A stretch of 64,000 nucleotides of DNA from Candidatus Dormiibacterota bacterium (lineage in GTDB: Bacteria; Chloroflexota; Dormibacteria; Aeolococcales; Aeolococcaceae), in the NCBI GenBank assembly GCA_963709585.1, contig CAVPXI010000013.1:64001-128000 (forward strand), given 5' to 3'. Below are positions 9,262 through 18,944 of this stretch, piece after piece. The notes under the pieces are model-generated. The model saw only the letters and a program-made list of their open reading frames with translations. It was not told the origin of the DNA and made no database searches. Every line of letters begins with the position of its first letter. Position 1 is the first letter of the stretch. A program made the translations under genes and the position numbers.

Positions 9262-11592
9262 GTGGCCAGTCGCGGCCCCCGGTTGCCGAACCTGCAAACG
9301 CTGCAGTTACTCGTTGCCGTGACAGGGTTAACCGTGGGCGCGGTTCTGCGCATTGTCGGCGCGGTCGCGCCATCGAACCTTCTCTGGGGTGCCACAGCGG
9401 CGGTCGCCCTGCTGCCAACAACGATCTCTGTTGCGCGTGACCTGCTGCGTCATCGCGCCGGGGTCGACGTCGTCGCGGTGCTGGCTCTGGGTGGCACCCT
9501 CGGTGTCGGTGAGTACCTCGCCGGCGCCGTCATCGCATTCATGCTCGCCACCGGCCGCGAGCTCGAGGCGAGGGCATCTGCACGGGCTCGTCGAGAGCTG
9601 TCCGCCCTCCTCGCGCGAGCACCGACCGTGGTGCACCGCGTTGAAGGCGACACGCTCATCACCCAGGCGATCGACACCGTCCGAACTGGCGATCTGCTCA
9701 TCGTTGCGCCCGGTGAGGTGGTTCCAGTCGATGGCCTGCTGGCAAGTGATATCGCCACCTTCGACGAATCGGCGCTCACCGGTGAAACGGCGCTGGTGGA
9801 ACGCGTGATGAGCGATCCGGTTCGGAGTGGTGGTGTCAATGCGGGTGGCGCGTTTCGTCTCCGCAGTACCGCCACCGCTGATGAGAGCACGTACGCCGGC
9901 ATCGTGCGGCTGGTGCGTCAGGCGCAGGAGTCGCGCGCACCGTTGGTGCGCGTTGCCGACCGGTTTGCCCTGTGGTTCGTGCCTCTGACCATCGCGCTCG
10001 CCGGACTGTCAGGAATCCTCGCTCGCGACCCCGTGCGCGCAGTTGCCGTGTTGGTGGTGGCCACGCCATGCCCGCTCATCCTCGCCGCGCCGATTGCGCT
10101 GGTTGGGGGCATGTCGCGAGCTGCGCGTCGGGGCATCGTGGTCAAGGGCGGCGCGGCGCTCGAAACGCTCGGACGTGCGAATGTCCTGCTCTTCGACAAG
10201 ACGGGCACGCTCACCGAAGGTCGAGCGCGAGTCGCCGACATCGAGACCGACGGCAGCATCAGCGCGGATGAGGTGTTGCAACTCGCCGCGTCGCTGGATC
10301 AGATGTCGACCCACGTACTTGCCCGGCCGATCGTCCAGGCAGCTCGCATCAGGGGCCTTCACCTCGCCCTTCCCGACGACGTACACGAGGACCCCGGCAG
10401 AGGCGTCTGCGGAGGCGTGGCCGGACGGAGCGTGACAATCGGTCGCGCCTCGTATGTCGCGGACGGCAGCGTAGTGCCGGCTTGGGCCGCGCGCGTGCGC
10501 AGACGCACTGCCTACGAGGGCCTCGCCAACGTGTTCGTGGGCGTCGACGGGATTCTGGTCGGCGCGATGGTGCTCGAGGACCCGCTCCGCCCCGACAGCG
10601 GCCGTGCCGTCGCACGTCTCCGGCGGGCCGGGATGCGCCGTATGGTGATGGTCACCGGGGACCATCCGGACGTGGCCCAGGCCGTCGCGTCGGCAATCGG
10701 CGTCGATGCGGTCTATGCCGAGCGCAGCCCAGCCGAGAAGGTCGACGTCGTGCGTGAGGAGCGCCAGCGAGGCGTCGTCGTGATGGTTGGCGACGGCATC
10801 AATGACGCCCCGGCGCTGGCCGCTGCTGACGTCGGTGTCGCCATGGGAGTTCGGGGGGCCACGGCGTCATCCGAAGCCGCAGACGTGGTGCTCATGGTCG
10901 ACCGCATCGATCAACTCGCCGAAGCGGTCCAGATTGCCCGCCGCTCCCACCACATCGCATTGCAGAGCATCGCCGTCGGTATGGGACTCTCGCTCGTCGC
11001 CATGGGCATTGCTGCAACCGGCGGGCTCGTGCCCGTTGTCGGCGCCGTCGTGCAGGAAGCGATCGATGTCGCTGTGATTCTCAACGCACTGCGCGCCCGC
11101 GGTGGCCGGGAGGAGCCGCGACCTTCCGAAGTGGCGCTGAGTGCCGGACGTCAGGTGCTTCTCGAGCACGCGGCGATGGAATGCGAGACAGCGCAGCTCA
11201 GAAGTCTCGCCGATGAGCTCGGGCACCTTCCGAGGGCCGCTGCCCGCATCCGCCTTGAAGAGGTGAAACGATTTCTGCGCGACGACCTTCTGCCGCACGA
11301 GCAGGAGGAAGAGCAGCATCTGTACCCGGTGGTCTCCCGTTACATCGGGGGCCCGGAGAGCGTGGCGGTGGCGCGCCGCGAGCACGCCGAGGTGGCACAT
11401 CTGTCGCGCGTGCTCAGCGGCATGATCGACGCACTGGATCCGGGCGGTCCCGATGACGAGGATCTGATCGGACTGCGCCGCGTTCTGTATAGCCTGTCGG
11501 CGGTCCTGAGCCTGCACCGGTCCGGGGAGGAGGAACGTCTCATCGCCGTGGTTGGCGAGCACGACGAAACGCCGATTCGCAGAACAGGATGA
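9262..11592 (+). CDS. Heavy-metal P1B-5-type ATPase with C-terminal hemerythrin domain
   Basis: TGET, TPCP TM motif, DKTGT, GDGINDAPAL, QEAID; C-terminal H..HEQEEE..LYP..EH..H...EE hemerythrin pattern. Confidence 0.9.
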   Translation: MASRGPRLPNLQTLQLLVAVTGLTVGAVLRIVGAVAPSNLLWGATAAVALLPTTISVARDLLRHRAGVDVVAVLALGGTLGVGEYLAGAVIAFMLATGRELEARASARARRELSALLARAPTVVHRVEGDTLITQAIDTVRTGDLLIVAPGEVVPVDGLLASDIATFDESALTGETALVERVMSDPVRSGGVNAGGAFRLRSTATADESTYAGIVRLVRQAQESRAPLVRVADRFALWFVPLTIALAGLSGILARDPVRAVAVLVVATPCPLILAAPIALVGGMSRAARRGIVVKGGAALETLGRANVLLFDKTGTLTEGRARVADIETDGSISADEVLQLAASLDQMSTHVLARPIVQAARIRGLHLALPDDVHEDPGRGVCGGVAGRSVTIGRASYVADGSVVPAWAARVRRRTAYEGLANVFVGVDGILVGAMVLEDPLRPDSGRAVARLRRAGMRRMVMVTGDHPDVAQAVASAIGVDAVYAERSPAEKVDVVREERQRGVVVMVGDGINDAPALAAADVGVAMGVRGATASSEAADVVLMVDRIDQLAEAVQIARRSHHIALQSIAVGMGLSLVAMGIAATGGLVPVVGAVVQEAIDVAVILNALRARGGREEPRPSEVALSAGRQVLLEHAAMECETAQLRSLADELGHLPRAAARIRLEEVKRFLRDDLLPHEQEEEQHLYPVVSRYIGGPESVAVARREHAEVAHLSRVLSGMIDALDPGGPDDEDLIGLRRVLYSLSAVLSLHRSGEEERLIAVVGEHDETPIRRTG

Positions 11593-14015
11593 CCCGGCAG
11601 GCGTTGACGCCCGTCGCCGCCGACGGCGCTCTCGACGTGGCGCGGGAGCAGGGCCTCAGCTCAGACGAGGTGGCGCAGCGGCAGCTTCGGGGTGAGGTCA
11701 ACTCGGTGCCAACTGGAACGAGTCGTTCGGTGGTCTCGATTCTCGCCGCCAACCTCTTCACCAGGTTCAACGTGTTGCTCGGCATTCTGCTGGTGGCGAT
11801 TCTTGTCATCGGGCCGCTTCAGGACGCCCTCTTCGGTCTCGTGTTGATCGTGAACACACCGATTGGCATCGCTCAGGAGCTCCGCGCCAAGCGGACACTC
11901 GATCGGCTCGCTGTGCTCACCACCCCTACGGCTCGCGTCATTCGCGATGGTGCGGAGCAGGAGATCCCCGCAACGGCTCTTGTGGTTGGGGATGTCATCG
12001 ATCTTCATACAGGTGATCAGGTGCCGGTGGACGGCAGCGTTATGCATGGCAATGGGCTCGAGATCGACGAGTCGCTGGTCACCGGCGAATCGGCTCCGGC
12101 TGAGAAGCGCAATGGCGACGAGGTGCTGTCGGGCAGTTTTGTCGTCGGGGGCAGCGGCTTGATTCGGAGTACCAAGGTGGGACTGGCGGCGTACGGAAAC
12201 GCTCTCGCCGCTGAAGCGCGTCGCTTCGCGCCCGTGCGATCCGAGGTGCGCCGCGGCATCGACCGGCTGCTCCTCATCATCGCGATACTGATCGTCCCCT
12301 TCGGCGCCGCACTGATCGTGAGCCAGATCGAGGCCAATGACACTCCCGTCGAGGCGGTGCGTTCTTCCGTCGCCGGGCTCGTGACGATGATCCCCGAGGG
12401 ACTCGTGCTGCTGACCAGCGTCGTCTTCGCCATCGCCGCCGTCCGGTTCGCGCAGCGCGGTCTGGTCGCTCAGGAATTGGGCAGCGTCGAGATGCTGGCT
12501 CGGGCTGATGTGGTGTGCCTCGACAAGACCGGAACACTCACCGATGGGCAACTCAGCGTTGAAACCGTGGTGGCTCTCGGAGGCGACGACAGCAGCGTCG
12601 TCGCTGCGCTCGGCGCGCTCGCAGCAGTGGATCCTCATCCCAATTCGACGCTGGCAGCGCTGGCGCGTGCATTTCCGACGCCGATGGATTGGACGCCGAC
12701 CAGCGTCGTGCCCTTCTCGTCCGGGCGCAAGTGGAGTGGCGCTACCTTCGAAGGTCGAGGCTCGTGGATCCTCGGAGCGCCGGAGGTGCTCACGCTCGCG
12801 CCCGACGCATCAGGTATGCGTGAGAAAGCGGAGCAATGTGCGGAAGCAGGGAACCGGGTCATGCTGATCGGGCGGCTGAGTTCGCTGCCCGCGATCGATG
12901 AAGCCATGACCTCTGTCGAGCCGCTCGCGTTAGTCGTCCTCCGTGAACGCCTCCGTCCGGATGCGACCCGGATCCTCGCGTACTACCGGGATCAGGGCGT
13001 CGCGGTCAAGATTCTCTCCGGCGATCATCCCGCCACCGTCGCCGCCCTGGCGGCGTCGGCTGGTATGCAGGGAGCTGATCACCCGCTTTCCGGCCCCGAC
13101 CTTCCAGGTGATGTCGCGGAGTTGGAGCGCCTCGCGGAGACGACGGCCGTTTTCGGCCGCCTGAGTCCGCAGCAGAAACGCGATCTTGTGCATGCCCTCC
13201 AGGCGCGCGGACATGTTGTCGCCATGACCGGCGACGGGGTGAATGATGTTCTGGCACTCAAAGCGGCGGATGTCAGCGTCGCGATGGGGTCCGGGAGCGC
13301 GGCCGCACGAGCTGTTGCACGTCTTACTCTCGTCCATGATTCATTCGGCAGCGTTCCGTTCGCCATAGGCGAAGGCCGCCGCGTGATTGCGAACCTGGAG
13401 CGGGTCGCGACCTTCTTCCTCACCAAGTCGGTCTACGCCATGGTGCTCGCGGCCGCCGTGGCACTACGCGCAACGCCCTTCCCACTCCTCCCACGACAAC
13501 TCTCGCTCATCGGGCTGCTGGCCATCGGTGTCCCGGCCTTCGCTCTGTCGTTCGCCCCGAGCGCGGAGCGAGCTCGATCAGGTTTCGTCTCGCGAACGCT
13601 GACCTTCGCAATTCCAGCCGGTGTCGTCGCCGGCGTTGCATCCTACGTGGCATTTGAGATCGCGATTGCCGCCGGGAGCAGCATCGATGACTCCAGAACC
13701 GTTGCCACGGTCGTGCTGCTCGGCATCGGCCTCTGGATTGTCGGACGCGTGGCCCAACCGATCGGCTGGTGGCGCCTCGGTCTCCTGGCTGCGATGGCTG
13801 CAGGAGCAGTGCTCGCCTTCACGCTCGAGGTCGGCCGCTTCGTCTATGGGCTGGCGCTGCTCGACCCCGGTGAGTGGCTCGAGGCCGCCGCAATCACCGC
13901 GCTGGCCATCGTCGTATTAGCGCTTGCCTTGCGCATCAGCGCCCGCCTCACAGTTGGGCTGCATCGGCGTGCACGCCGTTCGAGCGCCATGACCGTGAAA
14001 GGTGCCCTTCCCTAG
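11589..14015 (+). CDS. Cation-transporting P-type ATPase (CtpE-like)
   Basis: TGES, MIPEGL, DKTGTLT, FSSGRKWS, GDGVNDVLAL; overlaps upstream stop (ATGA). Confidence 0.9.
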   Translation: MTRQALTPVAADGALDVAREQGLSSDEVAQRQLRGEVNSVPTGTSRSVVSILAANLFTRFNVLLGILLVAILVIGPLQDALFGLVLIVNTPIGIAQELRAKRTLDRLAVLTTPTARVIRDGAEQEIPATALVVGDVIDLHTGDQVPVDGSVMHGNGLEIDESLVTGESAPAEKRNGDEVLSGSFVVGGSGLIRSTKVGLAAYGNALAAEARRFAPVRSEVRRGIDRLLLIIAILIVPFGAALIVSQIEANDTPVEAVRSSVAGLVTMIPEGLVLLTSVVFAIAAVRFAQRGLVAQELGSVEMLARADVVCLDKTGTLTDGQLSVETVVALGGDDSSVVAALGALAAVDPHPNSTLAALARAFPTPMDWTPTSVVPFSSGRKWSGATFEGRGSWILGAPEVLTLAPDASGMREKAEQCAEAGNRVMLIGRLSSLPAIDEAMTSVEPLALVVLRERLRPDATRILAYYRDQGVAVKILSGDHPATVAALAASAGMQGADHPLSGPDLPGDVAELERLAETTAVFGRLSPQQKRDLVHALQARGHVVAMTGDGVNDVLALKAADVSVAMGSGSAAARAVARLTLVHDSFGSVPFAIGEGRRVIANLERVATFFLTKSVYAMVLAAAVALRATPFPLLPRQLSLIGLLAIGVPAFALSFAPSAERARSGFVSRTLTFAIPAGVVAGVASYVAFEIAIAAGSSIDDSRTVATVVLLGIGLWIVGRVAQPIGWWRLGLLAAMAAGAVLAFTLEVGRFVYGLALLDPGEWLEAAAITALAIVVLALALRISARLTVGLHRRARRSSAMTVKGALP

Positions 14016-15106
14016 CCAGCCGGGAGCTCACCCACGGTCGCCGAGACGACTCGCTCGGCCCCGGCGGCCGTGATCACAGTGAGTGAGATCACCTGACCCG
14101 GTCGGCTGTCAGCGAGCGCCACTGAAAGGTCTGTCGTCGTTCGAATCCGCACGCTCGCGAACTGAACGATGACGTCTCCGGTTGTCAGCCCAGCCGATGC
14201 CGCTGAGCTGCCGGCCATCACCGCGGTAATCAAGGCGCCGACCGGAGTGTTCGTGCTGTCGACGACCGTGCTCGCGCGGACTTCGAGGTCCGCGCGATGC
14301 GAATTCACGACATGGCCATTGGTAATGATCTGGCTCGTGATGTCTTTGACCGTGTTGGCCGGAATGGCGAAACCGATGCCGTTTGCAGCGGCGCCCAGGG
14401 TCGGGTCGCCGGCAGTAAGTGTTGGGATCCCGACGACCTGCCCAGCGAGGTTGACCAGCGCGCCCCCGCTGTTGCCCGGGTTGATTGCCGCACTCGTCTG
14501 GATGGTGTCGGGAAGTGTGATGCCGCCAGGTTCGGAGACCGTCCGATCTACGGCGCTGACGATTCCCTCAGTCACGCTGCTCTGAAGCCCGAGCGGGTTA
14601 CCGATGGCGAGCACGATCATGCCGACCTTCAGAGTGGCAGAGTCCGCGAATGCGGCAGGGTCGAGGTGACCCGCGACATGGATGACCGCGAGGTCGCCGG
14701 CGGCGAAGGTGCCCACCAGCGAAGCGGCCTGCGTTTTGCCTTCCGCAGTGGTGACCTCGATGGTCGACGCACCGGAGACGACATGGTTGTTGGTCACCAC
14801 ATCGCCGTTGTCGTTGAGGACGACTCCAGAGCCCAGACCGAGGTTGGTCTGAATCTGCACGATCGAAGGACGCACCCTGTCCACCACTCCGACAAAAGCG
14901 TTCTGCAGGTCAGTGGCAGCGGAGCCGGAGCCAGTCCCGGCGGAGGTCGTTGCTGTGGGCGAGCCGGACGGTGCGTTTGCCGGCTGACTGCTGCACCCGG
15001 TGAACACGATGGCGATGAGCATCGCGCCCAAGCCCGCAACGAGTTTCAGCGTCCGAGGTCTGCGCATCGGGCGCCGCGCGAGTGCGGCCGTGCCGACCCT
15101 TGTCAT
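14012..15106 (-). CDS. HtrA/DegP-like trypsin serine protease with PDZ domain, probable lipoprotein
   Basis: GSG..VVTNNHVV, IQTSAAINPGNSGG, C-terminal PDZ; lipobox FTGC. Confidence 0.9.
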   Translation of the reverse strand: MTRVGTAALARRPMRRPRTLKLVAGLGAMLIAIVFTGCSSQPANAPSGSPTATTSAGTGSGSAATDLQNAFVGVVDRVRPSIVQIQTNLGLGSGVVLNDNGDVVTNNHVVSGASTIEVTTAEGKTQAASLVGTFAAGDLAVIHVAGHLDPAAFADSATLKVGMIVLAIGNPLGLQSSVTEGIVSAVDRTVSEPGGITLPDTIQTSAAINPGNSGGALVNLAGQVVGIPTLTAGDPTLGAAANGIGFAIPANTVKDITSQIITNGHVVNSHRADLEVRASTVVDSTNTPVGALITAVMAGSSAASAGLTTGDVIVQFASVRIRTTTDLSVALADSRPGQVISLTVITAAGAERVVSATVGELPAG

Positions 15107-15400
15107 TCCAACTTCTCACGATCCAGTGTGGCCGAGCTGGCAGTCCAGCCTGCTCACACCACCTTCGCCGCTTGTAGCGATGGCCACAAGAGGAAGAGGT
15201 CCTACGCCGGGAAGGACCTAGGGCACATGACTTCCTGGCTTGCGCCAGTTGCTCATCACGACCGCAATGCTCCAGCAGGGTCCAGGCTACCAACTGAGGG
15301 CGACGCTTCGACGGGGATGATGACCTTCGGCCCTGGTTAAGCGCGCAGGGAGGTGCGAGCCTTGATTCATGAATGAATACCGTTGTAGCGAGGGCTGATA

Positions 15401-15826
15401 ATGAATCGTGGAATGCGCCGCACCGTGCTCCTCGACCTGAACCTGTTTCTCGGCGTCACCGCAGTCGCCGGCGGCGTCGCCTTGCTCACGGGATGGATCA
15501 AGATGCCGCTGAGCTCACTCGCGGGCAGTCCGTTCAGTGACTACACGGTCCCGGCAATTCTGCTCGTCGTCGCGGTCGGCGGCACGGCCTTGCTCGCGGC
15601 ATGGCTCGTTCACCTGAAGCTGAGTGTCGGCGTTCCAGCATCAGTAGTCGCGGGGGGAGCGATCATGGTCTACGAGATCGTTGAGTGGAGCGTGATCGGC
15701 TTCGCGTGGCTGCAGGCAGCATATATGGCGATCGGTGTTCTCATCATCGGCCTCGCCATTTGGGTGCGTCTTGCACAGGTCTCTGGTCGAGCCGAGCGCC
15801 AAGGATCGCCGCACGCGATCCACTGA
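15401..15826 (+). CDS. 4-TM membrane protein, paralog of the N-terminal half of 8480..9259
   Basis: LAGSPFSDYTVPAILLVVAVGGT vs LSGTGFSDYLVPGILLVVVVAGGT. Confidence 0.75.
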   Translation: MNRGMRRTVLLDLNLFLGVTAVAGGVALLTGWIKMPLSSLAGSPFSDYTVPAILLVVAVGGTALLAAWLVHLKLSVGVPASVVAGGAIMVYEIVEWSVIGFAWLQAAYMAIGVLIIGLAIWVRLAQVSGRAERQGSPHAIH

Positions 15827-15998
15827 CCGATGGCGCAACCGTCTCCTCATTGGTCGCAACGCGTCCTCGGCCGCCGTTGACGCCAGGATTCCGATGACAT
15901 TCGACCCCGGACTTGGATGCCCTTGAGCACTGGAGAACAGAGCGTCTGTGCGGAGATACTGAATCCAGTGATCTCGTTGTCGCCATCGGAGGAAGATC

Positions 15999-16544
15999 AT
16001 GTCCGCTCAAACCCAACGCCGCCTGGAACGGCCCGAAGACCGAGTCATCGCGGGCGTGTGTCACGGCCTCGGCAGTTACTTCGACATGGATCCCGTCGTG
16101 GTTCGAATCGTCTTCGTGATCCTCACCGCAGCCGGTGGCGCAGGAGTGCTCGCGTATCTGATTCTTTGGATTGTGATGCCGACAGCTGGATCAACCGTCG
16201 CGACCGGCGGAGCAGGCATCGGTGAGGGAGTCCGCACCATGGCGACCGATTTGAAGGACGTCGGGCGCGAGTTCGGCAGCTCGGTGGCGGGCGCATGGCC
16301 GCCTCCACCGCCACCCCCGACCTATCCGTCGGGCGTTGACCAGGCGTCAGCCTCGCGGGCAGCGCGAAAAGCTGGGTATCGGCACGAGCGCGGTGTGCCG
16401 ATTCTTGGCCTCGCCCTCATCGTCCTGGGACTGTGGCTTCTTCTCGCCAATCTCGGCGTGCTCGACTGGGCGAGCGCGCGATACGTCTGGCCGGTTGCTC
16501 TTGTGGTTCTCGGTTTCGCCCTGCTCATACAACGTCTGCGCTGA
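15999..16544 (+). CDS. PspC-domain envelope stress protein with LiaF-like C-terminal TM pair
   Basis: RLERPEDRVIAGVCHGLGSYFDMDPVVVRI...AYLILWIVMP. Confidence 0.88.
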   Translation: MSAQTQRRLERPEDRVIAGVCHGLGSYFDMDPVVVRIVFVILTAAGGAGVLAYLILWIVMPTAGSTVATGGAGIGEGVRTMATDLKDVGREFGSSVAGAWPPPPPPPTYPSGVDQASASRAARKAGYRHERGVPILGLALIVLGLWLLLANLGVLDWASARYVWPVALVVLGFALLIQRLR

Positions 16545-16693
16545 GCACCAGGTCGAGACCGACTTCATCCTCTCGAAAGGGTGCACAGCGCAAGCTGTGA
16601 AAGCCCCCTCTTGGAGAGTCGCCGCATCGGGTCCACTACCCGCCAGCGGCGGCTCTCTTCCGCGCTGTCTCTGCGTAGCTTCACCACGCTCGT

Positions 16694-17020
16694 TCAGGGC
16701 TTCTTGACAACTGCAGAGCCGCCGGAAACGGTGACAGCGCTGGCCGCAGTGCCGGCGGTCGCTGTTCCTGGCGAAAGCGTGGTGGTCGTCGTCTTTGAGA
16801 TGACCCCGTCGTCACCGGTTGTGATGACGGTGGTCACCGTTCGCACGGCCGACACTGCCGGGATCGCCGTCTTTGTCGGAGCGCCGATGGCCACAAAATA
16901 GCCGACAAGACCGACCCCTGCGATACCCGCGGCGCCGGCGACCGCCTTGATCTTGCGGCGCAGAGCCAGGGCGCGATCTCGTCGCTCGACACGATCCTGA
17001 TGTGGCGGTACGGGTGACAT
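16694..17020 (-). CDS. Small membrane-anchored Thr-rich protein ending in VSGGS, candidate ApbE substrate
   Basis: RDRAL + single TM, Thr-rich linker, AVTVSGGS; GGAGA RBS; beside apbE. Confidence 0.6.
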   Translation of the reverse strand: MSPVPPHQDRVERRDRALALRRKIKAVAGAAGIAGVGLVGYFVAIGAPTKTAIPAVSAVRTVTTVITTGDDGVISKTTTTTLSPGTATAGTAASAVTVSGGSAVVKKP

Positions 17021-17162
17021 GTTGGTTCTCCGGAAGTTGCGTCTTGAGTGACATCAGCGTCCCATCGATGGCTGGCGACAACCTTGACGAATGCTCTGAG
17101 TTCGCTGAGACATCAGTCGATGCGGCGCCGCGATCAGCCGGCACGAGATCGATGCGTCTCAG

Positions 17163-17666
17163 GTGCGGGCGGCTCCATCGTCGTCAAGAAATCATGACGA
17201 CGCGGCAGACCGTATCCAACCTGGGATCTACCGCGACTTAGTGGCATGGATCAGGCGCCGTAGTGGCGCTCGCAACCCGGAGGACATCTTGCGCCGTCAT
17301 GCTCGTTCTCACTTCTTCTCCACGGTCGTACTCGTTGGGCTGGCCGGGGTCGTCACCGGCGTCGGTGCCGCAGGCCACATCGGCCCCTTCGCGGCGCTCG
17401 GCGCCGCTGCTCAGCACACCGTCGCCGCCCAGCTCCCGGGTGCCCCGCTTCGGGCCGACAGCCTTTATCCGGCTCCGACAAAGCCTCCGACCGTCCATGA
17501 AATCATCGTGATCACCGACCCGGCGCCAACTTCACGGCCCGGGTCTGGTTACTCGGCAGGTGGCCACAGCTCGACGGCGACACCCTGGCCGACCGTCACA
17601 GCTTCCCCGACACCGTGGTGCGATGACAGTTGTGGTGGTGGCGGCGGCGGTGGTGGAGACAACTGA
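17163..17666 (+). CDS. Hypothetical membrane-anchored Pro/Gly-rich protein (start uncertain)
   Basis: One TM, low-complexity tail ending CDDSCGGGGGGGGDN; abuts the next gene. Confidence 0.55.
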   Translation: MRAAPSSSRNHDDAADRIQPGIYRDLVAWIRRRSGARNPEDILRRHARSHFFSTVVLVGLAGVVTGVGAAGHIGPFAALGAAAQHTVAAQLPGAPLRADSLYPAPTKPPTVHEIIVITDPAPTSRPGSGYSAGGHSSTATPWPTVTASPTPWCDDSCGGGGGGGGDN

Positions 17667-17667
17667 G

Positions 17668-18048
17668 GTGGCGCACTATCGACCCGACGACCGCGACAAG
17701 GCGCTCAAGCGAGTTGCGTCATGGACGATCGGCGGCGTCTCTGGCGTCGTAGCGGTCACCGGAGCCCTGTCGGCGGTCAGCGCAGCGGGTTTTGCTGCCG
17801 CGACGAGCGCGCCGCTCGAGCGCGTGCCGTCGATTCCTCCCGAAGCAGCTCCGATCCAATCGACACCACCCTCGCCGGCCGTGATCATCAAAGTTGTCCA
17901 CGTTCCGGCTTCGGCAGGAGCCTACCGCGGGGCGCGCGGGATCTCCCCGCCTCGCGTAGCGCCCGGCGGCGTCGCGAAGGGTTCATCGCCACCGCCTCCT
18001 CCCCCGCCGCCACCGGTATGTCACTCGACGCCAACACATCCGTGTTGA
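17668..18048 (+). CDS. Small membrane-anchored Pro-rich protein
   Basis: GTG start; RDKAL + TM; poly-Pro; ends CHSTPTHPC; overlaps apbE start. Confidence 0.6.
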   Translation: MAHYRPDDRDKALKRVASWTIGGVSGVVAVTGALSAVSAAGFAAATSAPLERVPSIPPEAAPIQSTPPSPAVIIKVVHVPASAGAYRGARGISPPRVAPGGVAKGSSPPPPPPPPPVCHSTPTHPC

Positions 18049-18944
18049 CCTCTCGTGCATTCCGTGCAATGGGCACGATGAACGTCGTGGTGGTGGACGA
18101 CCCTGACGCGCTGGCGGCGGCGACCGCCGCCGCGCGCGCGGTGATCGACGCGGTCGACCGGGCATGCTCTCGGTTTCGAACGGAGTTCGGAGATCTCGAT
18201 GCTCAACAGCTCGGCAGGGTGCGGGCCGGTTCCCGTCTCGGAACTACTCGACGACGTCATCGGCAACGCCCTTTCGGCCGCCGCGGCCACCGACGGGCTG
18301 GTCGATCCCACCGTTGGTGGGCTCATGGAGCGCATCGGGTACACCGTGACCTTTGTCGACCTGCCCGGAGACGGTCCCTCGATCGATCTCCAGATCCGCT
18401 CAGCGCCAGGATGGACGAGCGTCGACCACGATCGGGTCAACCGCACGGTGACGCTCCCGGAGGGCGCGTCGATCGACCTCGGGGCGGTCGGCAAGGCCTG
18501 GGCCGCCGACCGCGCTGCCCTCGCCGCGGCGCGGCGAGCCGGCACCGGGGTGCTGGTGTCGTGTGGGGGCGATGTGGCGATGTCCGGACCGAGTCCCAAA
18601 GACGGGTGGTGCGTCAGGGTCGCCGAAGCGATCGACTTGGCCGACTGGCAGGACATCCAGGTGTTCGACGGCGGCGTTGCCACCTCTGGCACCGGCAGCA
18701 GGACATGGCGCCGTGGCGGAGAGGTCCTGCACCACATCCTCGATCCGCAACGGGACTCCCGTCGCGCTCTCCGTGGGTGATGGCCAGTGTCGCTGCCGCG
18801 TCGTGTACTCAGGCCAACGCTGCTGCGACCGCCTCGATCGTGCTCGGAGAAGGTGCGCCCTCGTGGCTCGACAGCCTTGGCGTGCCAGCACGGCTTGTCA
18901 GGCGTGATGGCTCGATCGTGAGGGTAGGACCGTGGCCGGTCTGA
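18042..18944 (+). CDS. apbE: FAD:protein FMN transferase (ApbE), two frameshifts (~18185, ~18750)
   Basis: FRAMGT, CSRFR, TDGLVDPTVG, IDLGAVGKAWAAD, GGD, VATSG, HHILDP, ANAAATA across three frame segments. Confidence 0.85.
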   Translation: MLTSRAFRAMGTMNVVVVDDPDALAAATAAARAVIDAVDRACSRFRTEFGDLDAQQLGRVRAGSRLGTTRRRHRQRPFGRRGHRRAGRSHRWWAHGAHRVHRDLCRPARRRSLDRSPDPLSARMDERRPRSGQPHGDAPGGRVDRPRGGRQGLGRRPRCPRRGAASRHRGAGVVWGRCGDVRTESQRRVVRQGRRSDRLGRLAGHPGVRRRRCHLWHRQQDMAPWRRGPAPHPRSATGLPSRSPWVMASVAAASCTQANAAATASIVLGEGAPSWLDSLGVPARLVRRDGSIVRVGPWPV

